From: an uncultured Clostridia bacterium
GTDB lineage: Bacteria > Bacillota > Clostridia > TANB77 > CAG-465
Reading direction: 5' to 3'
Assembly: GCA_934149365.1 (NCBI GenBank)
Contig: CAKPEI010000004.1
Coordinates: forward strand, 112,487-176,486
Length of the DNA stretch: 64,000 bases
Shown here: positions 45,927 to 55,133 of the stretch, in pieces
How the letters are laid out: each line of letters opens with the position of its first letter
Position numbering within the stretch: the first letter of the stretch is position 1
The notes under the pieces: model-generated
What the model saw: the letters and a program-made list of their open reading frames with translations, nothing else
The model's database searches: none
What the model was told of the DNA's origin: nothing
Translations under genes and position numbers: made by a program

Positions 45927-46439
45927 TTAGTCCTCCTTTTGATTAGAAGATACAAGTTTAATACCTACAAATACAGCGATAAGTGAAGCTGCTATTGTTG
46001 GAATGTATCTTGATAAGAAGTTACATACTTTAGTAAGCCACTCAACATCAAATTGCCAAGCAAGTCTAAACAAAACAGAGTCAACAAGTACATATGCACC
46101 AATAACTATTAATATATAACCTATAGCTTTTCTCACATTTTTGTTCTTAGATTTATTTGATATATTACCAAATTCTTGAGAGTTCCACACATAGTCATCT
46201 ATATATTTTTCTCTTTTTTCATTGCTCATGTTTCTTAGGTTATATGTATCAAAGAAACTATATGCTTCAATTACAAGTAATGGAATTATAAATATTGGAG
46301 AACCTGCCACACAAGCTAGTATAAATAGTATGGCAAATATGGACATTATAGATAAGCCTCTTTTCATGTATTCTTGGTACATTTGTCCTGCACCTGGTAT
46401 AAAAGAAAATATAAATGTAAAAAATAAATTTTTCTTCAT
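45927..46439 (-). CDS. Hypothetical membrane protein
   Basis: 170 aa with the N-terminal motif IPGAGQMYQEYMKRGL followed by TM helices. Confidence 0.55.
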   Translation of the reverse strand: MKKNLFFTFIFSFIPGAGQMYQEYMKRGLSIMSIFAILFILACVAGSPIFIIPLLVIEAYSFFDTYNLRNMSNEKREKYIDDYVWNSQEFGNISNKSKNKNVRKAIGYILIVIGAYVLVDSVLFRLAWQFDVEWLTKVCNFLSRYIPTIAASLIAVFVGIKLVSSNQKED

Positions 46440-46443
46440 AATA

Positions 46444-46854
46444 TTAGTCTCCTTTCAAATTATTATCTAACATAAAATCACTAAATTTACTTACTGCATT
46501 ATCAATTTTTTTGGTTACTTTGTATATTGCAATTTTATTTCTAATTTGTACATTTTCTTCTTTGGTTGAAGTGGCATAAGTTGAACTCATAAAAAGTTCA
46601 GTACACAAAGTAATTACAAGTGCAAAGCAAGCCACTTTTAATATGTCTGAAAAAGATAAGCTAAATTTATATACTTTGTTTTCTTTTTCATCTAAAACAT
46701 TTTCGCTTTTATTTACTTTGCCGTAACATTTTGCTAGTATTTTTTCTTTTAAATCTTTAGGTGGAGATATTGATGAGTTTTCTTCTATGTTTTTTATGTA
46801 CTGGGTAAGGTCATCTTTTTCTAATAATTTGTTTACATATTCTAATCTATTCAA
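46444..46854 (-). CDS. Putative anti-sigma factor (single-pass membrane protein)
   Basis: Overlaps the sigma gene stop by 8 nt (translational coupling). One central TM helix. The role is inferred from position. Confidence 0.5.
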   Translation of the reverse strand: MNRLEYVNKLLEKDDLTQYIKNIEENSSISPPKDLKEKILAKCYGKVNKSENVLDEKENKVYKFSLSFSDILKVACFALVITLCTELFMSSTYATSTKEENVQIRNKIAIYKVTKKIDNAVSKFSDFMLDNNLKGD

Positions 46855-47380
46855 AGAAATCTCCTCCTTTCAACTTTTCTTTTAATATTTGTTTAGAACG
46901 ATATAATTGAGTTTTAATAACATTTTTATCTCTTCTTAGTTTTTGAGATATTTCATCTAGTGTTAAATTATTAAAGTAATATTCTATTATTACTTCTTTG
47001 TAAGGTTCTTTTAATTCATTAACTACTTTCTTTATAAGCATTAATCGTTCTTTTTTTATTAGGCTATCCTCTATAGAATCTTCACTAGATAAATTGCCGA
47101 ATACTTCGGTATTTTCTTCTATTGATGACACTAATCTAAAGCTACTACTCTTTAATAAATCTTTACATTTATTTAAAGCTATTTTGCATACAAGATTTTT
47201 TAACTCATTTGGTTTCAAACAAGAATATTTGTAAAAATTCTTGTAAAGGCTTAAGAAAGTATCCTGAGAAATATTTTCTGCTTCATCTGTGTCTCTTAGA
47301 ACGTCAAAACATACTTTGTATATTAATTTGTAATAATCATCTACTATTTTTTCAAAAAGTTCGTTTTTAATATTTCTCAC
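46847..47380 (-). CDS. ECF-type sigma-70 family RNA polymerase sigma factor
   Basis: Region 2 (AENISQDTFLSLYKNF) and region 4 HTH (LTLDEISQKLRRDKNVIKTQLYRSKQILKEKL). GTG start. Confidence 0.85.
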   Translation of the reverse strand: MRNIKNELFEKIVDDYYKLIYKVCFDVLRDTDEAENISQDTFLSLYKNFYKYSCLKPNELKNLVCKIALNKCKDLLKSSSFRLVSSIEENTEVFGNLSSEDSIEDSLIKKERLMLIKKVVNELKEPYKEVIIEYYFNNLTLDEISQKLRRDKNVIKTQLYRSKQILKEKLKGGDFFE

Positions 47381-47648
47381 CCCACTTTAGACAATATATA
47401 TAACGAGTTAAAATGTGTAAAGATAACAATATTTTTAATTAAATCGAAAAAAATATTTAAGTTATTATAACATAAAAAGAAAAAGGTGTATATAATAGTA
47501 CTTGTAACCTTGATTTTTAGAGCTTTTTGTAATAAAATGTAGTAAATTGAAACACAAAAAATAATGAAATATATAAAATATGACAAAAAATATTTTTAAT
47601 ATGTAGTAGTATATATGTAGAATAAATGGAAGCATAAGAGGTGTAATA

Positions 47649-49970
47649 ATGGTTTTTGAACAAGAGCAGAGTGATACAATAAACGTAAAGTATAGTAAAT
47701 TAGATGGCGTGTTATCATTTTTTAAGAATATTGTTGGTTATAAAGTATTTATATTTACAGTTATATTAGCTGTATCTAGCATGGTATCAATCTTTGGATA
47801 TCATCCAATACCATTTGTGATGTTAGCAGTAGCAACTGTATTTAAAATACCGTTACTACTTCCTGGTGTTGTTACGGTACTGTCAATGATTATTTTAAAA
47901 GCAAGTGTACCTGAGATTATGCTATATGTTTTGACAAATATAACATACATAATAGCGACAGTGGCTATAAATATTCAGGATGTAGGGCGAAAAGTTGCAA
48001 TTGGAATAAAATTGGCAATTTCTATGGCAATAGTAACAGTTATAATGTTCTTCGTTAAGAATTTTGAATTAGGTTATTTATTAGATAATGTTGCATTAAT
48101 ATTTTTGGTACAAGCAATATATTATGTATATGTGCATGGCTTTTATTTTCTATCAAACATAGATAAAAATATGATATATTCAGTGGAAGAAATTGTTTCT
48201 ATGGCTGTCATGGTTATGATAACATTACTTCCTATTACAAATGCCGGAACTGTTGGAATGAATATATGGATGACAATCTGTCTATTGTTTGTAGTACTTA
48301 TTGGTTATACAGGTAATGCAATATCTGGGGTAGCAGTGAGTGTAGTATTAGGTATGTTTAGTGCTATTTTATCAAAAGATATAAATTTACTTGCCGTAGT
48401 GGCAGCTCCTGGAATAGTTGCTAGTTTATTAAATAGAGTTAATAAAGCCTTTTCAATAATTGGTGTTGTTATTTCTGCTGTTATTTTAAATTATATAATG
48501 CAAAGAAATTTAGTAATATCTCCAGAAATAATAGAAACAGCAATAGCTTCACTTGTAATATTGATATTACCAAAGAAAGTTATGGTTGTACTTGAAGACA
48601 TATTTGATAAGAACAACACTCTAAGAAGTGCATATGAAAAAGAACTTGGTGTTGGAAGTGATATAAAAAACAAACTTAGTGCAATGTCTGAGGTGTTTGA
48701 CAATTTATCTAGCATAACATTAAACTCTAATAAAGAATACTTCGAAGAAACACAAAAAGTTATAGAGAAGTATTTAAATGATTACAAAGAATCAAAATGC
48801 TTGAGTTGTAACAAAAGGTATTATTGTTTAAAAGATAATATGAATTTAGTATCTTCGTACATTGCTAGAAAACTTGAGGGAAATGATGAAATTACAGAAA
48901 GTATGCTTCCAGTTGATTGTGAAGAAGCTACTGTAATGATAAAAGAAATAAAAGACATATATAACAATATGAAGCTTATGAGAATAATAAAACAAAAAGA
49001 GGAAGAGAGTAATATTAAGCTTGCAAATGAATATAAAGAAGTTGCCACTCTTATAAAGAATATGTCAAGAGATGTAAATAAGCTAAAAAAAGAAGTGTCT
49101 TATACACAAAAATGTATTAGACAAGAGTTAAAACTTTTAGGCTATCAAATATATGAAGATAATTATATAGATGAAAAAGATAATAAAATATATGAATTCA
49201 TTACCGATATTTTAGATGATGTTGATAAAGCCAAAGGTGAAATACAGACAGTAGTTGGCGAAGTGATAGGCCAAAAGATGAATATTAAGCTTATACTAAA
49301 TAGTAGCAAAAACGAAAAATCAAGAATTAAACTTGTGTCAGATGGTAAGTATGCTATAAGCACTGAAATTTACCAGAAAAGTAAAAATGAAGGCGAAAAA
49401 AATGGAGATACGTATTATGTGTCTGATATAAAAAATGGTAAAGTAATAGCGATAAGTGATGGAATGGGCTCTGGAAGTAATGCTAACCAAACAAGTTCTG
49501 CAGTAATAAGTATGGTAGAGAAACTTTTAGAAAGTGGCTTCGGAAACAGTACTATTACCAAAGTTGTAAATGGTATGGTTAAGCTAAAAGAGGATGCAAG
49601 TAATGCGGCAACTTTGGATATGACAGTTATAAATACAAATAAAGAAAAAATAGAGTTTGTAAAAGCTGGAGCAGCACCTACATATGTTATATCCAATTTC
49701 GAATTACAGGAAATAGGTGAAGATACATTACCGTTGGGACAAAATATTGATATAAATTATGATAGTAATAGTATAGAAATAAAATCACCTATGATTGTTG
49801 TGAATATTTCAGACGGAGCTTATAGCGATGAATTAAGAGAATATTTTGAATACATTTCAAAAAAGAATTTTGCTTTTATAACAAAGAAAGAAATAATATC
49901 TGGAATAATTGAAAGAATAAGTGAAAATAGCAGTGACGATGTAACTATAATTGTTACTAAAATAGAATAA
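47649..49970 (+). CDS. spoIIE: Stage II sporulation protein E (PP2C phosphatase)
   Basis: About ten N-terminal TM helices plus a C-terminal PP2C domain (VIAISDGMGSGSNA .. DDVTIIV). 773 aa. Confidence 0.9.
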   Translation: MVFEQEQSDTINVKYSKLDGVLSFFKNIVGYKVFIFTVILAVSSMVSIFGYHPIPFVMLAVATVFKIPLLLPGVVTVLSMIILKASVPEIMLYVLTNITYIIATVAINIQDVGRKVAIGIKLAISMAIVTVIMFFVKNFELGYLLDNVALIFLVQAIYYVYVHGFYFLSNIDKNMIYSVEEIVSMAVMVMITLLPITNAGTVGMNIWMTICLLFVVLIGYTGNAISGVAVSVVLGMFSAILSKDINLLAVVAAPGIVASLLNRVNKAFSIIGVVISAVILNYIMQRNLVISPEIIETAIASLVILILPKKVMVVLEDIFDKNNTLRSAYEKELGVGSDIKNKLSAMSEVFDNLSSITLNSNKEYFEETQKVIEKYLNDYKESKCLSCNKRYYCLKDNMNLVSSYIARKLEGNDEITESMLPVDCEEATVMIKEIKDIYNNMKLMRIIKQKEEESNIKLANEYKEVATLIKNMSRDVNKLKKEVSYTQKCIRQELKLLGYQIYEDNYIDEKDNKIYEFITDILDDVDKAKGEIQTVVGEVIGQKMNIKLILNSSKNEKSRIKLVSDGKYAISTEIYQKSKNEGEKNGDTYYVSDIKNGKVIAISDGMGSGSNANQTSSAVISMVEKLLESGFGNSTITKVVNGMVKLKEDASNAATLDMTVINTNKEKIEFVKAGAAPTYVISNFELQEIGEDTLPLGQNIDINYDSNSIEIKSPMIVVNISDGAYSDELREYFEYISKKNFAFITKKEIISGIIERISENSSDDVTIIVTKIE

Positions 49971-49982
49971 GAAATAGATGGT

Positions 49983-50010
49983 GGGGGAAGTTTACTTCCT
50001 CTTTTTTTTG
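49983..50010 (+). terminator. spoIIE terminator
   Basis: gtggggaag (49982-49990) / cttcctct (49995-50002), tetraloop ttta, then a T run. Confidence 0.75.
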
Positions 50011-50036
50011 TTGCACATCTAAAATATTTTAATAAT

Positions 50037-50068
50037 AAAAAAGATGCTATGTATCTCTACATAACATC
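50037..50068 (-). terminator. Terminator downstream of tRNA-Arg
   Basis: gatgctatgta (50043-50053) / tacataacatc (50058-50068), one mismatch. The A6 run on the + strand gives a T run on the - strand. Confidence 0.6.
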
Positions 50069-50077
50069 CTACTAAAC

Positions 50078-50154
<77 letters not shown>

Positions 50155-50269
50155 ATAGTACTTAGTACTAGTATATAATAACATAAATGGACAATGTTTG
50201 TCAATATTTTTATTAGAAAAATTAAATAAATGTGAAAAATTATTAATTAAAAAAGTAAAATCCGTTTAG

Positions 50270-50305
50270 AAAATAAAATAACACCCTGCATAATTTGCAG
50301 GGTGT
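50270..50305 (-). terminator. Terminator of the 50318-50878 gene
   Basis: Perfect 10-bp stem acaccctgca (50281-50290) / tgcagggtgt (50296-50305). Confidence 0.8.
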
Positions 50306-50317
50306 ATAGCGAATAAA

Positions 50318-50878
50318 TCAGTTTTCAGTGTTAAGTTTAAGTTGTTGAACTTCCGTTAGTACGCTTGCTTCCGGATTATATACATGAATAGTATATTTGC
50401 TGAAAGGGAGATTTTTTAAATTTTCATTTGAGAAAAAGTCAATCTGACGTTCAGCGGTTATCCAAACAAGTCTATGATTTACATGGAAGTCGGGATAAAC
50501 CGTTTCTTCTCTATATTGGTCAACAACCCACACATTTTCTTCCATGGGGTAATCATTATCTCTTTTCTTATGCTCAACATATCTTCCCGGCGTTGCTTTT
50601 ATACCTTCGCTTGTCAAAACTTTTTTGATTATACGCTCGTAAACGTCCCAGGCATCTCTGCTTACACTTTCTTCTCTAAAAGCGCTATAAGCTTCGTATG
50701 GTAAAGAGTAAAGCTTTACTTCATAAGTTTTCTCCCATCCTTCAGGTAAAGCAGAAACTAGCCGCTCGTACCAACTTTCAGAGTGGAGATGACTTAGTAA
50801 TAATGCTTGAACATCATTTAACTGCTGCCCCATATCTTCAGGGCCTTTTTGCTTTTTTGAATAAACTGAGTACAACAT
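50318..50878 (-). CDS. Hypothetical protein (G+C-rich relative to flanks)
   Basis: ATG at 50878 is 7 nt after GGAGGA. 186 aa. No motif recognised. Confidence 0.6.
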   Translation of the reverse strand: MLYSVYSKKQKGPEDMGQQLNDVQALLLSHLHSESWYERLVSALPEGWEKTYEVKLYSLPYEAYSAFREESVSRDAWDVYERIIKKVLTSEGIKATPGRYVEHKKRDNDYPMEENVWVVDQYREETVYPDFHVNHRLVWITAERQIDFFSNENLKNLPFSKYTIHVYNPEASVLTEVQQLKLNTEN

Positions 50879-51073
50879 CAAAAAATCCTCCTTAAAAAAT
50901 AATTATTTCTTAATTGCTATTAAATAGCACATATATGATATCACAACTTTACATAAAAGTAAAGAGAAAGGGTAAAATTGTAATTAATTTATTTAGTAAT
51001 AATAATATATTATTGTTATTATTTAAATAAATGATATAATATAGACAAATAATAAATGTAAAGGTGAATATTT

Positions 51074-51934
51074 ATGTATGATGTAATAGTTATAGGAAAT
51101 GGTCCAGCGGGAGTTACTGCTGCAATATATACAAAAAGAGCCAATTTAAATACTTTAGTTATAGGAAAAGATGGAGGCTCATTAGAAAAAGCGGAGAAAA
51201 TACAGAACTACTACGGTTTTGAAAATATAACAGGTAAAGAGTTAGTAAAACTTGGTATAGAACAAATAAAAGGTCTAGGAATAGAGCATAAGAAAGAAGA
51301 AGTAATAGCTATAGAAAAAGGCGAAAATGTATTTAAAGTAATTACTAATATTAATGAATACGAAGCAATATCTATAGTGATAGCAACTGGAACTGTAAGA
51401 AACAAAGTAAATATAGATGGAGTTAGTCAATTTGAAGGCAAGGGAGTAAGCTATTGTGCAATATGTGATGCATTTTTCTTTAAAGGAAAAGATGTAGCAG
51501 TACTTGGAAATGGCAAGTTTGCTGTTCATGAAATAAACGAGTTATTACCAGTTGTTAAAACAGTTACTATGCTTACAAATGGAAAAGAGAAGCTTAATTT
51601 TAGAGATGAAAGAGTAAATGTTTTAGATAAAAAAATAAAGAGAATATCCGGTGAGAGTAGATTAGAAAAAGTAGAGTTTGACGATAATACAAGTTTACCT
51701 ATATCTGCTGTCTTTATAGCTGAGGGAACAGCAAGTAGTGTTGATTTTGCTAAAAGAATGGGAGCTGTAATATCTGGTAATAATATAGTTGTAGATAATA
51801 AGTACATGACTAATATACCGGGAATGTTTGCAGCAGGCGATTGCATTGGTGGGTTACTTCAAGTTTCAAAAGCAGTATCAGATGGCGCAAATGCAGGAAT
51901 ATCTATTATAGATTATGTGAGGAAGAACAAATAA
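51074..51934 (+). CDS. trxB: Thioredoxin-disulfide reductase-like flavoprotein
   Basis: FAD motif VIVIGNGPAGVTAA, redox CAIC, second dinucleotide motif VAVLGNG, C-terminal GMFAAGD. Confidence 0.85.
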   Translation: MYDVIVIGNGPAGVTAAIYTKRANLNTLVIGKDGGSLEKAEKIQNYYGFENITGKELVKLGIEQIKGLGIEHKKEEVIAIEKGENVFKVITNINEYEAISIVIATGTVRNKVNIDGVSQFEGKGVSYCAICDAFFFKGKDVAVLGNGKFAVHEINELLPVVKTVTMLTNGKEKLNFRDERVNVLDKKIKRISGESRLEKVEFDDNTSLPISAVFIAEGTASSVDFAKRMGAVISGNNIVVDNKYMTNIPGMFAAGDCIGGLLQVSKAVSDGANAGISIIDYVRKNK

Positions 51935-52605
51935 TGGAGTACGTACTTATTTTTTTAGAAGGAATTATTACTTTTATTTCTCCATGTATGTTGCCAATGC
52001 TACCTATATACATATCATATTTTGCTGGAAAAGATAATAGTAAATCAAGTAAATTTATGACTTTGCTCAATGCGGTTTGTTTTGTTATAGGCTTTTCTAT
52101 TGTGTTTACAGCTTTAGGAGTTTTTTCTGCATCATTAGGAACTTTTTTTAAGAATAATAGTAGAGTAGTAAATATTGTCTTAGGAATAATTATTGTTATA
52201 TTTGGCATTAATTTTATGGAAATAATTAAAATACCGGGTATAAATAACAGTAAAGGTATAAAAATAAATATTAATAAATATAATTGTATGTCATCATTTA
52301 TACTTGGAGTTGTTTTTTCCATAACGTGGTCACCTTGTGTGGGAGCTTTTTTAGGAACTGCACTTAGTATAATTTTAGTAAATGGTAATGTTTTAAAGGG
52401 AACAATATTAATTTTAATCTATTGCTTAGGGTTGGGAATTCCTTTTGTAATATCAGCAGCATTAATTGATAGATTAAAAAATACATTTGATTATATTAAA
52501 AAGCACTATTTATTAATAACTAGGATATGTGGAACTTTCCTATGTATAATAGGAATTTTAATGATGACCGGTACTATAGATAAATATTTTATGCTAGTTT
52601 CATAG
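51934..52605 (+). CDS. ccdA: CcdA/DsbD-family transmembrane thiol-disulfide electron transporter
   Basis: ATG overlaps the trxB TAA (TAATG). Conserved Cys motifs ISPCMLPMLP and WSPCVGAFLG. Six TM helices. The listed upstream extension (51841) lies inside trxB. Confidence 0.85.
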   Translation: MEYVLIFLEGIITFISPCMLPMLPIYISYFAGKDNSKSSKFMTLLNAVCFVIGFSIVFTALGVFSASLGTFFKNNSRVVNIVLGIIIVIFGINFMEIIKIPGINNSKGIKININKYNCMSSFILGVVFSITWSPCVGAFLGTALSIILVNGNVLKGTILILIYCLGLGIPFVISAALIDRLKNTFDYIKKHYLLITRICGTFLCIIGILMMTGTIDKYFMLVS

Positions 52606-52625
52606 AAATCAGAAAGGAAATGTAT

Positions 52626-53186
52626 ATGAATGATAAATTAAAAACAATTATCTATATAGTTATATTTTGCGTTGTTATGGCTTTTCTAGTATTGGTATAT
52701 ACTAAACTAAGTAATGAGAAAAAGTTAAGTGCAAATGATAAAGATATAGAAATAAAGAGTTCAAACTATAAAAAAGAAAAGCTTAAAGATTTTAGCTTGT
52801 CTCTAGAAGATGGTAGTAAAATAAATATCTCATCTTTGATAGGCAAACCAATTGTAATTAATGTATGGACTTCATGGTGTGCATATTGTAAAATAGAAAT
52901 GCCATATTTTAATGAACTTTATCTAAAGGAAAAGGATAACATCAATTTTGTAATGATAAATGTAACTGGTGATAGGGACACAAAAGAAGATGCTAAAAAA
53001 TTTGTAAATGAAAACAATTTTGATTTTAACATATATTATGATTTTACATTAGATTCTGTAGAAAATTTGGAAATATATAGTTATCCTACAACGATATTTG
53101 TAGATAAAGAAGGCTATATAAATTATGTAAGAGTTGGAACTATAACAAAAGATGAACTTGTAGATAAAATAAATGAATTGAAGTAG
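52626..53186 (+). CDS. Membrane-anchored TlpA/ResA-like thiol-disulfide oxidoreductase
   Basis: WTSWCAYCKIE CxxC motif and an N-terminal TM helix. The start is either 52620 or 52626. Confidence 0.85.
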   Translation: MNDKLKTIIYIVIFCVVMAFLVLVYTKLSNEKKLSANDKDIEIKSSNYKKEKLKDFSLSLEDGSKINISSLIGKPIVINVWTSWCAYCKIEMPYFNELYLKEKDNINFVMINVTGDRDTKEDAKKFVNENNFDFNIYYDFTLDSVENLEIYSYPTTIFVDKEGYINYVRVGTITKDELVDKINELK

Positions 53187-53198
53187 GGAGGAATAATT

Positions 53199-53507
53199 AT
53201 GATAATAGAAATAACAAGAGATAATTTTGAAGAAGAAGTTTTAAAATCTGATAAGAAGGTGCTTGTAGACTTTTGGGCTACTTGGTGTAATCCTTGTAAA
53301 ATGATGCATCCTGTACTTGAAAAGTTAGATGAAGAGTTAAATGGTGAGGCTAAAATAGGGAAGATAAACATAGACAATGACCCAGAACTAGCTTCTAAAT
53401 TTGGAGTTATGAGTATACCGACATTTATGGTGTTTGAAAAAGAAGAATTAAAAAGCACTTTGGTGGGAACTCAAAGTTTAGAAAAACTAAAAGAAATAGT
53501 AAAATAA
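53199..53507 (+). CDS. trxA: Thioredoxin
   Basis: 102 aa with active site WATWCNPCK. Confidence 0.93.
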   Translation: MIIEITRDNFEEEVLKSDKKVLVDFWATWCNPCKMMHPVLEKLDEELNGEAKIGKINIDNDPELASKFGVMSIPTFMVFEKEELKSTLVGTQSLEKLKEIVK

Positions 53508-53520
53508 AAGAGTATAAAAA

Positions 53521-53560
53521 AAGAAGGCTTAACTTCAATGTGAAATTAGGCTTTCTTTTT
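53521..53560. terminator. Bidirectional terminator between trxA and the SPFH gene
   Basis: aagaaggcttaa (53521-53532) / ttaggctttctt (53546-53557), two G-U pairs, flanked by an A run and a T run. Confidence 0.65.
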
Positions 53561-53567
53561 ATTTTAA

Positions 53568-54497
53568 TTAATTATCTTTCATTATTTCTTTTGCAGCTCC
53601 AATTGCTCCTAAAGCTTTTGTTGCATCAAAAGGAATAAATACTTTGTTTGCAGGTCCTTCTGCAACTTTTTCAAGTGACTCTAAAGCTTTTATAGCAACA
53701 AGATTATCACTTGGTTTAGCATCCATTATAGCACCATAAACAGCTGTAATTTCTTGAGCTTTAGCTTCTGCTATTTTCTTTATAGCTTCAGATGTACCTT
53801 CAGCTTCAAGAATCTTAGCTTCTCTTATACCTTGAGCTCTTCTTATGCTAGATTCTCTTTCTGCCTCAGCTTCTAATATAATAGCTTCTTTTTTACCTTC
53901 TGCATGAGTTATATCAGATTGCCTTTTACCTTCAGCTTCAAGTATAGCTGCTCTTTTTGTTCTTTCTGCATTCATTTGCTTTTCCATTGCATCTCTAATA
54001 TCTGCAGGTGGTTTAATGTCTTTTATTTCAACACGTTCAACTTTACAGCCCCATTTGTCAGTAGCTAAATCTAAAACATCTCTTAATTGTGAGTTTATAG
54101 AATCTCTTGAACTAAATGTGTTATCTAAGTCCATTTTACCTACGATATCACGAATTGTTGTTATAGCAAGGTAAGCGATACCTTTTTGAAGATTTTCAAT
54201 TTCATATACAGCTTTGGCTGGATCTGTTATTTGATAGAAAACAACAGTATCTATCGTTATAGTAACGTTATCTTTTGTTATAACACCTTGTGGCGGAACA
54301 TCCATAGTTTGTTGCTTTAAACTAACTACAGCTCTTACTCTATCTACAAAAGGAAATATCAAATTAAGACCAGCATGAGCTTCTTTGTAGAACTTACCTA
54401 ACCTTTCTATAATGTATACTTCAGATTGTCTAACTACTTTAATTGAAAATAATGCAATTATTATTATAAAAATAAAAACACCAATTAAAACTCCCAT
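53568..54497 (-). CDS. SPFH/band 7 (stomatin-like) protein
   Basis: N-terminal TM helix, SPFH core (VVRQSEVYIIERLGKF..) and an Ala/Glu-rich coiled C-terminus. Confidence 0.88.
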   Translation of the reverse strand: MGVLIGVFIFIIIIALFSIKVVRQSEVYIIERLGKFYKEAHAGLNLIFPFVDRVRAVVSLKQQTMDVPPQGVITKDNVTITIDTVVFYQITDPAKAVYEIENLQKGIAYLAITTIRDIVGKMDLDNTFSSRDSINSQLRDVLDLATDKWGCKVERVEIKDIKPPADIRDAMEKQMNAERTKRAAILEAEGKRQSDITHAEGKKEAIILEAEAERESSIRRAQGIREAKILEAEGTSEAIKKIAEAKAQEITAVYGAIMDAKPSDNLVAIKALESLEKVAEGPANKVFIPFDATKALGAIGAAKEIMKDN

Positions 54498-54521
54498 ATA
54501 AATACCTCCTTAAATTATTTA

Positions 54522-54953
54522 TTAAACTTTTTTAACTATAAGTTTAACTCCTTCTATTTTTAATACAACTACGGTAGCACCTTCTTCAATATTTTCGTCT
54601 GTTGAAGATACTGCTGACCAAATTTCACCTGCTACTTTTACTTGTCCTTTTCCATGCAAATTATCAATTTCTTTTATAACAACAGCATTTTTACCAATTA
54701 CTGATTCAGAATTCATTGCAACATCTTTTGCTTTAAAAAATTTAGTTACAATTGGTCTTATAAAAGCAATCAATAAAATAGAAGATATAACAAATGTAAT
54801 AACTTGCACTTGCATACTAGCCCCAAATATTGCACATAAAAATGCTAGAAAAGCTCCTATTGCAGGGAAAAATAACAAAAAGCTAATAGTAAATATTTCA
54901 AGTATGAACATAACAGCACTTGCTATAAGCCAAATTCCCGCTCCAAGTGGCAT
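54522..54953 (-). CDS. NfeD-family membrane protein
   Basis: ATG at 54953 behind AGGAGG. TM helices plus a C-terminal OB-like segment (GKGQVKVAGEIWSAVS). Classic pairing upstream of an SPFH gene. Confidence 0.85.
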   Translation of the reverse strand: MPLGAGIWLIASAVMFILEIFTISFLLFFPAIGAFLAFLCAIFGASMQVQVITFVISSILLIAFIRPIVTKFFKAKDVAMNSESVIGKNAVVIKEIDNLHGKGQVKVAGEIWSAVSSTDENIEEGATVVVLKIEGVKLIVKKV

Positions 54954-55133
54954 GAAATACGCCTCCTTCCGTAACACATAATTGATGTAAACAAATTATA
55001 TAACAAAAGTATTTAAAAAGGAAGCTTTTTATTACAAATTATAGAATAAAATAATGCAAAAAGAATTCACAAATTGTCATATTTGATATATAATTGTAGA
55101 TAGCAAAAGAGAATGTAAGGGGTAAATATTTGT

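Noticed and set aside
47381-47648. Spo0A boxes upstream of spoIIE
   Set aside because: Only partial matches to TGNCGAA are present (e.g. aaatcgaa near 47441). They cannot be distinguished from AT-rich background without a scoring matrix.
51526-52322. - strand ORFs (106 and 138 aa) opposite trxB and ccdA
   Set aside because: They are shadow ORFs inside motif-supported genes.
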